A DNA stretch of 64,000 nt from an uncultured Gemmatimonadales bacterium (GCA_963708135.1 OY970192.1:672001-736000), one strand, 5' to 3'; shown: positions 33,236-43,235, counted from the stretch's first letter. Made by a program: numbers and translations. Notes: generated from the sequence alone by a model not told the origin.

Positions 33236-35340
33236 TTACGGATCAGGGCGGTCGCCGTTGCGGCCCCGCGAACCCGGCGCTTTTGCTTCGCGCGCCACCG
33301 ACCTGGTCGGTGCGGGATCGTCTTCCTCGGGCATCTCGATCGGGTTCAGCCGGTCCGGCGCGACGGCGGGGTAGCTCTGAGGGGTGTCGGAGCGGCCACT
33401 GACGCTGAAGCGCGTGAGAAGGGTCATGGCTGTTCTGCGGAGGGTCGAGGCGGCCCTCGCGATCTGCGGACCGTACCCGGGCTGCCCGAGCGAGGCCCGG
33501 GCCGCCTCCCGGAGCTGGTCGTGGACGAAGTCAACCGTCTCCTCATCGACCCAGTGCGCCACTTCCCGCTGAACCATCTCGTTGAGGGCCCGTGCGAAGG
33601 TCCCGTCGCGGAGCCCCGAACGACGGCGAAGCACGTCGATGCCGACTGCCGGCGGAAGCGTGGCGAGGTGACTGGCCACGGTCCGGGCCGCGCCGCCCAG
33701 GGAATTCATCCGGTCATCGAGCAGATCGTGGATTTCCCCAGGCAGCAAAATGCGGTCTGGGATCATACCGGCGTGCATTCGCCAACGGCCGCCATCCTGC
33801 ACAATGATGCCCTGTTCCCTCAATGACTTGAGCAACTCACTGACCATGAACGGATTGCCTTGGCTGGCGGCGTGGAGCTTTGCCGCGGCGGCGGTGGCTT
33901 CCCGTAGATCGCCGAAGTCAATGCTCATGAAAAGGAGCTCGGCCACTTCCGAGCGTGTAAACGGCCAGAGGCGCATGGGAAAGGCTCTGGTTTCCCGGAC
34001 GAGCCGCGTGGCCGTGGAGGCGCGGTCGGTCGGTGCGTCTCCACTGCGGCTCGTCACGAGGAAAAGAGCACAGGCTCGCTGCAGCTGACGGAGAACGCGG
34101 GCGAGCACGGCGTGGCTTGCCGCGTCAACCCATTGGTAATCGTCCAGGAGGAGGATCAGGGGCGCCTCATCCGAGACTGCCTCTAACAGGTCCGCCATGG
34201 CGTCCGCCAGCGGCATGATCGTCAGGTATGAGGGAGCGGCCGGATTCGCCTCGCGCCCGTAGTCGCTCGGCAGAAATTGATCGAGCGCGCGGGTTGATGC
34301 CTCACTGATGCCTGCCGCGCCTCGGAGCGAGAGGAGCCTCGTGACGAGCCCCGCGAGAAAGGCCCACTCGAAATGGGCTTCGGATTCCACGCCCTTCAGC
34401 TTTACGGGGACGCCGCCATCCGTCTCGGCGTTCCCGCTCGCCTCCTGCGCCAGCCGAGTCTTTCCAATTCCCGGCGGACCAGAGATCAGGGCGATCTGAG
34501 GTGCTCCAGCGCGCGCCAACCGCCACAGCCGGACGAGCTGCGAGTATTCCTCCGTTCGGCCGACGAATTCGAGGTGGAGCGCGCTGCTCGCAGGACCCGA
34601 GGGCGCGCGTGTACTCAGCGCCTCGACGCGTTTCTCGACGTGCGACAGCTCCGCTCGGGCATCTACCTCTGCCAGGACTCGTTTTGCCTGAGCGAGCACC
34701 GTCTGCGCCTCCCCGGCCTCCCGCGCATCCAATAGTACGTAACCAGAGCGCTCCAGGATCTCGAATCAAACGGAGCAATGTCCGTCCCGTCCCGCAGGTA
34801 CTTCATTGCACGCTCCAGCCGCCCTGCTTCCCGTTCTGCTCTGGCCGCACGGAGCAAGGCTTCGGACATGGAACGCTCGAGACCCGCGCGAATTTCATCC
34901 ACCCACTGGTCCCAATCGGGACTTGCCGGGATTGCGAAGCGTTCAAGAAAGGAGCCCTGCCACAACCGGAGGGCAGTATCGACCCTATGCTGTGCCAGCG
35001 CCGCCTGCAGCTGAGCGACATCGCCTTCGATCGCCCCCGCGCGAATTCGGACCGGGTCGTCCGATTCGAACAGTCCGTCACCGAGGGAGCGACGCAGAAG
35101 AAGCAGGGCCTGTCTGAGGGAGTGGCGTGCCCGCTCCGGGTCACTTCGGGGCCAGAGCAGCGCCGCCAGATCCTCCCGGGAAGGACCGCCACCCTCAACC
35201 ACGAGGTACACCAGGATTGCGAACGGCTTGCCAAGCGTGATCGCAACCCGGCCACCGCAGGCTGGCTCTACCCCGATACGCCCCAACGTGCGGAGGAGCA
35301 GCGGCACTGAGGACGTCTCTTCGTTCTCCGATTGCAGCAT
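33236..35340 (-). pseudogene. BTAD/SARP + AAA ATPase transcriptional regulator, frameshifted (~34738), C-terminus possibly truncated
   Basis: LRTLG..LVYL..REDLAALLWP..RHSLRQAL in one frame; Walker A GPPGIGKT and Walker B LLLDD in another; a single missing base restores WSALVT-VLLDARE. Confidence 0.8.
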
Positions 35341-35453
35341 CTGGCGCCGCCATCGTTTCGGGCGATACAGTGACTTAGTTTGGGGCGTACGCTTGGGCTC
35401 AGGGGCAAGCGCCACCGGAACAGAGGTGCGACCTGCGCGCCGATCCTCCGCCC

Positions 35454-35774
35454 CTACGGCTCCCCGTGAACAATGATCGTGTGAGTTGCGTAGAGCCCAA
35501 GCATCCCGGTTGTCCTGTAATCGACGTACTGCACTCGCGTAATCCCGCCGTTCTTCATCGCCGCGCCGATGCTGCAGTCCCCGCTCGCGAAAAGCCCGAG
35601 GATGGACGTGCAGGTGCTCGTCCCGGTCTTGCTGCCCGTGGGATAGGCTGTCGCCGTCACCGGGGCACTCACGTTCGTGAAGATCCACCCCGTCGCCGGT
35701 GAGGTGGCGTAGGCAGCGCATCCCGCGGTCGAAACGGACGCGACGAACAGAGCAGTGATCCAGCGCTTTACCAT
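35454..35774 (-). CDS. TRL-like family lipoprotein
   Basis: Lipobox TAGC; KTGTSTCTSILGLFASGDCSI..A..NGGIT.V..VDY pattern. Confidence 0.85.
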   Translation of the reverse strand: MVKRWITALFVASVSTAGCAAYATSPATGWIFTNVSAPVTATAYPTGSKTGTSTCTSILGLFASGDCSIGAAMKNGGITRVQYVDYRTTGMLGLYATHTIIVHGEP

Positions 35775-35797
35775 TTGAACCCCCGTAGGATGTAGAA

Positions 35798-37111
35798 TCA
35801 CCTGAACAGCAAGCCGGCGTCTAGTGTAATAGTGCTTACGCTTCCGGAATTGAGCTGGAACTGCAGTCGGGCCGATCGTCCGCCGAACGGAATGTCGAGT
35901 CCAGCCCCCATGCTGAGTCCGGCGGCGGCACGCTTAAAGAACCAGTCTGTGTAGTTGAAATCTCCCCCTGAGAACCTATCGAACAGGCCGGTCGCCAGGT
36001 ACGGGCCGAGAACGAAGTACGGTGAAACCCCGACCGCTGCTCCGCTGACAGCGGGGATTCTCATCGGCTCCACATTCGCCAAGAGGGAGAGGCCAAGGAA
36101 TGCACTGGAGCGGCTTATGCGCCGTCGCACGTCCAGCCACAGACTGGGCTCGAACGAAAATCCAGGGGTGATGCTGAACATCGCTAAGCCGGATGCCCGT
36201 GCACCGGGCTTCCATCCCTGGCGGGAGATGTTCGGCCCTGCCATGATCCCCAGCCCGGTGAGTGTCGGAGGCTTAAGAGAGCCACCGCCGGACGGCGGCA
36301 AGGAGACGGAGATGGTCCGCAGTGGAGATTCTGGCTCCTCATCGGACGCGGTGCGCCGGCACTCGGCCAGGCTCGTGTGCACGTAGCCGCCGCCGTTCCC
36401 AACGTCCACGTGGAGCCACTCTCCTGCCGCGGATCGCACATGCAGTGTCTCGCCTCGGTGAAGGGTTGCTATGATGTCACCATCCATGGCGGGGCCACGG
36501 AATACGTCGGCTGCCGGGACCCGTAGAAAGCATTCGACGGTTCGGGAGCGAGCCAGAGTAGGGTGGCCTCCGGTTTCCGCCGGCTTCGGGTGCGGAACCG
36601 GCCCTGCCGAAGATCGGGATGCAGCACGAGCAGAGGGTCGCGTCCGCTTCGATTCAACCCCAATCGGTGTGCCAATCGGCCGGACCGATTTTTTCGGACT
36701 CGTTTTCTTGATGCGAGTGCTTTCGGATTCGCCAATCGGAGCGGACCGAGCCTGGAGCCCCTTGGACGCGGTATGATCACCCTCGCCTGGTGATGAGCCG
36801 ATTCCGGGTTTGGAGCCGACGCCGTTGGCGGCCAGAGACACTTTGACCGAACCGAGGACGCGGGCGTATTCACGGGCGACTCGCCGCTCCAGTTCAATCA
36901 TGCTGCGCCCGCTCGCCCTGATCACCCCTACGCGCGGCAGCAGGACGTCGCCCAACGGATTCACCACGAAGCGACCGGTCAGATCAGGATGCCCCTGAAC
37001 TGACAGGGTCAACGTGTCGCCCGCCGTGACCACACGCTCCTGCGCCTCGAGCGGCCCAGCTCCGATCAGAGCCGCGGCCGCCAAACTGAACCAGTACCGA
37101 GCTTCCCTCAT
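35798..37111 (-). CDS. Secreted fusion: Wza-type Poly_export domain + SH3-like + putative beta-barrel
   Basis: GDTLTLSV..DLTGRFVVNPLGDVLLPRVG.I.ASG; VFRGP..IIATLHRGETL.V..GEWLHV..GYVH; C-terminal amphipathic strands; GAGG RBS. Confidence 0.72.
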   Translation of the reverse strand: MREARYWFSLAAAALIGAGPLEAQERVVTAGDTLTLSVQGHPDLTGRFVVNPLGDVLLPRVGVIRASGRSMIELERRVAREYARVLGSVKVSLAANGVGSKPGIGSSPGEGDHTASKGLQARSAPIGESESTRIKKTSPKKSVRPIGTPIGVESKRTRPSARAASRSSAGPVPHPKPAETGGHPTLARSRTVECFLRVPAADVFRGPAMDGDIIATLHRGETLHVRSAAGEWLHVDVGNGGGYVHTSLAECRRTASDEEPESPLRTISVSLPPSGGGSLKPPTLTGLGIMAGPNISRQGWKPGARASGLAMFSITPGFSFEPSLWLDVRRRISRSSAFLGLSLLANVEPMRIPAVSGAAVGVSPYFVLGPYLATGLFDRFSGGDFNYTDWFFKRAAAGLSMGAGLDIPFGGRSARLQFQLNSGSVSTITLDAGLLFR

Positions 37112-37532
37112 AAGTACCTCACGTTCGCTCGAGCCGAGCGGGGCGCGACTTGCGGGATCGCAGCGGCTCCCTGGGCGGAATTGCACCGGACACTGCCCCG
37201 CACGATTGCGCACGAAGTTCATCCGGATCGGGATGGACCGCGGCGCACCGCACGCGAAAGCAAAGATTGGCGAGACCGCGTCATGGATGCGTCACGGGGG
37301 GAGAGGTGGCGGTCACGGGAAGCACTCATGACTGATGTGACGGGTACCGGCTCATCGTGTCGCTTCGCGCGTCGGGGTTCCCGGACGTCGAGCTGGCGAT
37401 GGATGCGATCACCCGCGTACAGAGTCTGCTCTCCTCAAGACGCGCGTTGACTTTACCGCCTCACCCGCCCCACATTCGCACCTGCATTGTTCCTCGTCGC
37501 ACACTGGCTGTGCCCCTTCTCGGAAGCGGGTT

Positions 37533-40214
37533 TTGACGAACGCGCCGCTGCGCCTGCTGACGCTCGGCCGGACCGTTCTTCTCGGTCCGGGCGGCGCGCC
37601 TGTATCGACGATTCGCAGGAAAGACCTCGCGCTGCTCGTCTATCTGGTGCTCGAGGGGCGGCGGCCGCTCGCGCGCGGGACGCTTGCGGGGCTGCTCTGG
37701 GGCGAGGCGGACGAGGAGCGCGCGCGGCACTCGCTCACGCAGGCGCTGGTGCGGCTTAAGGCGGTCGTGGGGTCCGAGGCGTTCGGGTCGGGCGGCGAAG
37801 CGCTCGTCTGGAGTGGCGACGTCGGCTGCGATGCGGCCGACCTTGAGGCCACCGATCCGACCGGTGCGCCGCCCTCCTCCCCGATCGCCTATCCGGGCGA
37901 TTTCGCGACGGACCTGGCGCTCGGTGCGGGCGCGGAAGACTTCGACGCCTGGGCGGACGGCAAGCGGGCGCATTCGCGGGCGCTCGCGGTGCGGCGGCTC
38001 GATGCGGCGGGGGCGCGAGCGGAGTCGGCCGGCTCGTGGGGCGAGGCGCTGGAGCTGGGACGGCAGCTCGTGGGCGTGGACCGGCTGTGCGAGAGCGGGC
38101 ACCGGCGGATCATGCGGAGCTGGTCCGCGCTCGGCGAGCGGCAGATGGCGGCGCGGCATTATGACGAGTACGCCTCCTGGCTGGAGCAGGAGGTTGGCGC
38201 GAAGCCGGACCCGGAGACGCGGAGCATGCACGAGGCCATTGTCGCCTCGGGCTTGGCCGGGCGAGCCGCGAGCTCCTGGACGGGGCCCGCCTGGCTCGAG
38301 CGGGCGGATCCGCCCGGGCCGGGCACGGCCGGCGTGGAATCCGCCTCCGGCGACAGCGGGCGTGCCCACACGCCGCCGGGAAGGCCGGGCTCGCTCCAGA
38401 TCTTCTCCTGGGCCGCCGCGGCGTTCACGGTTGGCGTGCTCACGGTGGTGACGCTCCGCTCCGTCTGGCCGCGCTCGGTCGTCGCCGGCGAGGGGAGTGT
38501 TGCGGCGCGCGAGCGGATCGTGTTCTCGTCCGACCGATCGGGCCGGGCGCGGCTCTACAGCATGTCGCTGGCGGGAGGGCCGGCCACGCTCCTGCCGGAC
38601 GAGCCTTCGAGCGGAGTGTTCCCCTCGCCCGATGGCCGGCTGCGCGCGCGTCCGCGGGTCGCTCGTGGGAGGATCGAGCTCGAGGTGAGCGACGCGGGCT
38701 CCGGCGAGGTCCTCGGCAGCTTCCGCGATTCACGCGAGGACGACTTCAAGGCGTGGGCGCCGGATGGCTCCCGGTTGCTCTTCGCTTCGTACAGGGCCGG
38801 CAACGCGGACCTGTACTCGGCGCGCCCCGATGGCAGGGACGTGCGCCAGCTGACGAGCGACCCCGCGGACGAGGACGCGGCCTGCTGGTCGCCGGACGGC
38901 AGCGCGATCGCCTTCCGCTCCCGCCGCGCCGGCACCCGGGAGCTCTGGCTCATGGACGCGGACGGCGGAAGGCCGCGGCGCCTGGTGAAGGGGCTGCAGC
39001 CGGCAGAGTGCGCCTTCTCTCCGGACGGGCTGAGCGTGGCGTTCACGGATCGGTTGACGGGCCGCTCCGATCTCTGGCTGGTGGGCCGGGACGGCTCCCA
39101 CCCGCGGCGGCTCGCCGAGCGCACGGCATACACGCACTGGTCGGCGGACGGGCAGTGGATCGTCTTCGGCACTGATCGTGACGGCGACCGCGAGGTCTAC
39201 CGCATCCGAGCCGACGGCACGGACGAGCAGAACCTCACGCGGAACGAAGCGCAGGATTTCCCCGTGAGCGTCTCCGGCACCCTCCCGCCGCGCTACGTTG
39301 ACCGGGTACGGCTCGAGCCCGCGCCCGGCGTGCCGATGGTGATCGGCGAACACCGGACGCTTGCCGCGCGGAGCTATGACGCCCGGGGCCGCTACGTCTA
39401 CGGCATACCTCTGCGATGGGAGAGCTCGGACACGGCGATCCTGGCCGTGGACAGCACGGGGACGGTGGTGGCCCGTGCCCTCGGGCGCGCGACGGTGACC
39501 GCCTCGGCCGGCGGCTGGAGGGCGGACACCGTCTCCGTCGCCGTCGCCCCGGGGAAGCCGGCGCTGGTGCTCTCCGATGATTTCGAGGGCGGCCTCGACC
39601 CGAGGCGATGGCGCGTGTTCGGCCAGCCCCGGCCCTACGTCGCACGCGGCCTCGGGACGAACGGCAGCGCCGCCTTCGTGAGCAACGGCGACGACTACTA
39701 CGAGAGCGGGGTCCTGTCGCGCGAGTTTCCGCTCGCCCGCGGCCTGAGCGTCGAGTTCAGCGCGTGCGCTCCCCTCACGGCGGCGCCGCACCAGGTGCTC
39801 GAGGTGGACATCGCAACGATCGACGCGGACGCGGCGCAGCTCGAGCGGGGCGAGATCTTCGTCCGCGGGACCGAGCAGCTCGCGGATTTCTCGATCTACG
39901 CCCACGGCACGGACGCGGCGCCGTGGATCAAGTTCGGTGGGCTGCGCTTCCCGGCGCCCGTCGCCACGGCCGACTGGCACGGCTACACGATCGTGCTGCG
40001 TCCGGACCGGTGGCGCGAGCTCTACATCGATGGCCGCCCGGTCGCGCTCGCCGAGCCCTGGACGGGCCCGCATGCGTCCGCGACCGCGAGCGTCGTCCTC
40101 GGCTACCGATCGCTGGGGACGCGGCTCGTGCAGGACGATGTCCGCGTCTACGAGGGCCTGGCCGCCTTCCCGTCCGCGCCCTTCCCGATCACGATCGAGA
40201 CGGTGACGCCGTAG
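37533..40214 (+). CDS. Membrane-anchored BTAD regulator with PD40 propeller, Big_2 Ig and concanavalin-like C-terminal domain
   Basis: LLTLG..LLVYL..LAGLLW..RHSLTQAL; E..HRRIMR; TM near aa 290-310; WSPDGS repeats; WESSD Ig repeat. Confidence 0.85.
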   Translation: MTNAPLRLLTLGRTVLLGPGGAPVSTIRRKDLALLVYLVLEGRRPLARGTLAGLLWGEADEERARHSLTQALVRLKAVVGSEAFGSGGEALVWSGDVGCDAADLEATDPTGAPPSSPIAYPGDFATDLALGAGAEDFDAWADGKRAHSRALAVRRLDAAGARAESAGSWGEALELGRQLVGVDRLCESGHRRIMRSWSALGERQMAARHYDEYASWLEQEVGAKPDPETRSMHEAIVASGLAGRAASSWTGPAWLERADPPGPGTAGVESASGDSGRAHTPPGRPGSLQIFSWAAAAFTVGVLTVVTLRSVWPRSVVAGEGSVAARERIVFSSDRSGRARLYSMSLAGGPATLLPDEPSSGVFPSPDGRLRARPRVARGRIELEVSDAGSGEVLGSFRDSREDDFKAWAPDGSRLLFASYRAGNADLYSARPDGRDVRQLTSDPADEDAACWSPDGSAIAFRSRRAGTRELWLMDADGGRPRRLVKGLQPAECAFSPDGLSVAFTDRLTGRSDLWLVGRDGSHPRRLAERTAYTHWSADGQWIVFGTDRDGDREVYRIRADGTDEQNLTRNEAQDFPVSVSGTLPPRYVDRVRLEPAPGVPMVIGEHRTLAARSYDARGRYVYGIPLRWESSDTAILAVDSTGTVVARALGRATVTASAGGWRADTVSVAVAPGKPALVLSDDFEGGLDPRRWRVFGQPRPYVARGLGTNGSAAFVSNGDDYYESGVLSREFPLARGLSVEFSACAPLTAAPHQVLEVDIATIDADAAQLERGEIFVRGTEQLADFSIYAHGTDAAPWIKFGGLRFPAPVATADWHGYTIVLRPDRWRELYIDGRPVALAEPWTGPHASATASVVLGYRSLGTRLVQDDVRVYEGLAAFPSAPFPITIETVTP
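40069..40214 (+). repeat. 146-bp direct repeat, copy 1 (3' end of the BTAD gene)
   Basis: Aligns without gaps to 40620-40765 with 13 mismatches (manual count). Confidence 0.9.
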
Positions 40215-40276
40215 GCGGCGCCGGGTTTCCGGCCGGCCCCATTGGCCCGCGGGAGGAGCGGACGTATCATGACGCC

Positions 40277-40579
40277 ATGTCCAGCACGCCCGCGCATCCC
40301 GCCATGCCCGGGGGCTTCGAGCCCGATCCGGTGATCGAAGCCTACAAGCGGCATATCGACCGCACGCTCCTGCGGGAAAACCTGGGCGAGGTCACCGGCG
40401 GCGGCCGGTATGAGGAGCTCCTCCCGCACTCGATCGAAGTCGAGATCTTCGGACACCGGGCCCGGTGCCTGGACCTGGCATGGCTGATTCGCACCAAACG
40501 CGCCGCCGGGCGCCCGCGCGACATTGAGGCCATCGCGGAGCTCGAGGCGCTTCAGGAGGAATCCGGCGGGCGGGGGTAG
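40277..40579 (+). pseudogene. In-frame deletion fusion of a small antitoxin-like gene and a nucleotidyltransferase gene
   Basis: N-half DPVIEAYKRHIDRTLLRENL; C-half GEVTGGGRYEEL...LIRTKRAAGRPRD; NTase catalytic N-terminus absent. Confidence 0.7.
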
Positions 40580-40580
40580 C

Positions 40581-40619
40581 CGCCTGGCGGCGACGTTCTC
40601 ACCCCGCGGCCGCCAGGCG
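40581..40619. terminator. Inverted repeat hairpin
   Basis: CGCCTGGCGGC ... GCCGCCAGGCG directly after stop 40579. Confidence 0.45.
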
Positions 40620-40765
40620 CGCAGGCGTCCGCGATCGCGCGCGTCGTCCTCGGCTACCGCTCGCTCGGGACCCGGCTCGTGCAGGACGATGTCCGTGTCT
40701 ACGAGGGGTTGACCGCCTTCGCGTCCGCGCCCTTCCCGATCACGATCGAGACCGTGACGCCCTAG
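40620..40765 (+). repeat. 146-bp direct repeat, copy 2 (orphan gene 3' end with TAG)
   Basis: Encodes ...VVLGYRSLGTRLVQDDVRVYEGL.AF.SAPFPITIETVTP*. Confidence 0.9.
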
Positions 40766-40989
40766 AGAGGAACCACCGGATTCGGATTCCGGGGCTTCGC
40801 CCCTGGATTCGGATTCGGATTCGTTCTGCCCCGGTTCACGCCGCGGCCCGGGCGCACACGTAGGTGCCCGTCCTCGTCGCCCTGCGCGCGCCCTGCGCGC
40901 GCCCCGCGGCCGCTGGAAACTTCGGCTTGCTGGGGGGTAGCTGCGAGGGGTAGATTCTCGCCGACCGACACCCGGAGCGACGGCCGCCG

Positions 40990-41220
40990 ATGGACTCGCG
41001 GGACAAGATCGAGGAAGTGCTGGACGTGATCCGGCCGGCGCTCAGGCAGGATGGCGGGGATGTCGAGCTCATCGACTTCGACGAGGAGGACGGCGTCGTG
41101 CAGCTGCGCCTGATGGGCGCGTGCGGCACCTGCCCGATCTCGATCATGACGCTGAAGCAGGGGATCGAGCGGCGGCTGGTGAGCGCGGTGCCGGGAGTGA
41201 AGGCCGTCCAGGCGCTCTGA
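40990..41220 (+). CDS. NifU/Nfu family Fe-S carrier
   Basis: IRPALRQDGGDVEL..GACGTCP..TLKQGIE. Confidence 0.95.
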   Translation: MDSRDKIEEVLDVIRPALRQDGGDVELIDFDEEDGVVQLRLMGACGTCPISIMTLKQGIERRLVSAVPGVKAVQAL

Positions 41221-41308
41221 GCCGGGCGGGAGATTCCAGGTCGGCCGGCGCCCCGTGAGCGTGCGGGGGTGTCGGCCGTTTTCAGATAGGGGAAGGGGCT
41301 TCGTAAGA

Positions 41309-42433
41309 ATGGCGATCGATCGCGAGGCGGTGCGGCGCGGCGTGGAGGCGGCGCTGGCGGCGGTGAAGCACCCGACGAGCGGACAGGACCTGGTCTCGGG
41401 CGGGCACATCTCGGATGTGAGCGTGGACGAGGACGGCAAGGTCCGCTTCCAGTTCACGCTCAGGCCGGAGGATCCGGGCACGCTGGTCCGCGAGGCGCGC
41501 GGGGCGGCGGAGGCCGTGGACGGCGTGACCAAGGTGAAGATCGACGTCAAGCTGCCGCAGGAGCTGCAGCGGCAGCCGCAGCGCGGCGGCGGCCACGGCG
41601 GCGGACTCAAGCCCGGCTCCGTGCCGGCGCCCACGCCGGAGCCGAACCTGATCGAGGGGATCGCGCGCGTGTTCGCGGTGAGCTCGGGGAAGGGCGGGGT
41701 GGGCAAGTCAACCGTCGCCGCGAACATCGCCGCGGCGCTCGCGCGGGCGGGGAAGCGGGTCGGGCTCCTGGACGCCGACATCTACGGTCCGGACATCCCG
41801 CTCCTCTTCGGCGAGCGCCGTAAGCCGCGCGTCACGGGCGAGCGGGGCGCGGAGAAGATCGTGCCGCTCGAGGCGCACGGCGTGAAGCTCATGAGCCTCG
41901 GCTTCCTGCTCGAGGAGGACCAGCCGGCGATCATGCGCGGGCCGCTCATTGCCGGGATCCTGCGGCAGTTCCTCGAGCAGGTGGACTGGGGCGAGCTCGA
42001 CTACCTCGTGGTGGACATGCCGCCCGGCACGGGCGATGCCCAGCTCTCGCTCGTCCAGACCATCAACGTGGACGGCGCGGTGATGGTCACGACGCCGCAG
42101 GAGCTGTCCACCAGTGACGTGCGGCGCGCGATCCGCATGTTCGAGCGCGTGCGCACGCCCATCCTCGGGCTGGTCGAGAACATGAGCGGCATGAGCTGCC
42201 CGCACTGCGGCGAGCCGATCGACGTGTTCGGCCACGGCGGCGGTGCCCGCCTCGCTCACGAGATGCACGTGGCGCTGCTCGGAACCGTGCCGCTCGACCC
42301 GGCGGTGCGGGTGGCCGGCGACGCCGGCGAGCCGACTGCGCTGTCGGCCCCCGGGTCGCCGGCCGGCGCCGCGTTCCACGAGGTCGCCGAGCGCGTGGCG
42401 GCTGCGCTGGACGAGGCGCTCGCCCCGACCTGA
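41309..42433 (+). CDS. mrp: Mrp/NBP35 (ApbC) Fe-S carrier ATPase
   Basis: SGKGGVGKST, DADIYGP, DMPPGTGD, ENMS..CPHC. Confidence 0.95.
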   Translation: MAIDREAVRRGVEAALAAVKHPTSGQDLVSGGHISDVSVDEDGKVRFQFTLRPEDPGTLVREARGAAEAVDGVTKVKIDVKLPQELQRQPQRGGGHGGGLKPGSVPAPTPEPNLIEGIARVFAVSSGKGGVGKSTVAANIAAALARAGKRVGLLDADIYGPDIPLLFGERRKPRVTGERGAEKIVPLEAHGVKLMSLGFLLEEDQPAIMRGPLIAGILRQFLEQVDWGELDYLVVDMPPGTGDAQLSLVQTINVDGAVMVTTPQELSTSDVRRAIRMFERVRTPILGLVENMSGMSCPHCGEPIDVFGHGGGARLAHEMHVALLGTVPLDPAVRVAGDAGEPTALSAPGSPAGAAFHEVAERVAAALDEALAPT

Positions 42434-42455
42434 GCGCCGCGCCGCTCCGCGTCCG

Positions 42456-43235
42456 ATGCCGCGCATCACGCTCCTCACCGACTTCGGCACGGCCGACGGC
42501 TATGCCGCCGCGATGAGGGGCGTGATCGCCTCCATCGCGCCCGAGGCCGTGGTGGAGGACGTCGCCCACGACATCCCACCTGGGGACCTCGAGGCCGCGG
42601 CGTGGGCGCTCTGGCGCTACTGGGATCTCTACCCGCCCGGCACCGTGCACCTCGTGGTGGTGGACCCCGGAGTGGGCGGTGCCCGGCGCGCGATCGCCGC
42701 CGGCGCCGGCGAGCGGCTCCTCGTCGCCCCCGACAACGGCGTCCTGACGCGGGTGCTCGAGGCCGCGCCGGCGACGGTCGTCTCGCTCCAGGAGCGGCGT
42801 TACCAGCGGCCCCGCCTGTCGGCGACGTTCCACGGCCGCGACCTCTTCGCCCCCGCCGCCGCGCACCTCGCCGCGGGCGTCGCGCTCGACGCGCTGGGCC
42901 CCCGCCTGACGGATCCCGTCAAGCTGCGGCTGCCCGCCTACAGCCTGACGGAGGAGGGCGCCGTGGGCAGCGTGGTTCACGTGGACCGATTCGGCACCCT
43001 CGTCACCAGCATTCCCGGCGACCGGGCGAGCGCTGGCACCGTGCGGGTCGCCGGACGCGACCTGGGGCCGGTGCGGCGCACCTTCGGCGACGTCGCCTCC
43101 GGCGAGCCGCTGGCCCTCGTCGGCTCCGCCGAGCTGATCGAGATCGCCGTCCGCGACGGCAGCGCCGCCGCCTGTCTCGGGGTTGGCCGTGGCGCCGAGG
43201 TGCGCATCGGCGGCCCCAGCGCGCCGGCGGGCTGA
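42456..43235 (+). CDS. SAM hydroxide adenosyltransferase / chlorinase-fluorinase family (DUF62)
   Basis: ITLLTDFG, VVDPGVG, APDNG, TFHGRDLFAP, DRFG. Confidence 0.93.
   Translation: MPRITLLTDFGTADGYAAAMRGVIASIAPEAVVEDVAHDIPPGDLEAAAWALWRYWDLYPPGTVHLVVVDPGVGGARRAIAAGAGERLLVAPDNGVLTRVLEAAPATVVSLQERRYQRPRLSATFHGRDLFAPAAAHLAAGVALDALGPRLTDPVKLRLPAYSLTEEGAVGSVVHVDRFGTLVTSIPGDRASAGTVRVAGRDLGPVRRTFGDVASGEPLALVGSAELIEIAVRDGSAAACLGVGRGAEVRIGGPSAPAG

Noticed and set aside
40069..40765. Diversity-generating retroelement VR/TR pair
   Set aside because: Mismatches are not adenine-specific (mostly G/C third-position changes), and there is no reverse transcriptase in the window
42456..43235. True fluorinase/chlorinase
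   Set aside because: Housekeeping context with no secondary-metabolite cluster; most DUF62 members are SAM hydrolases; cannot be distinguished without alignment
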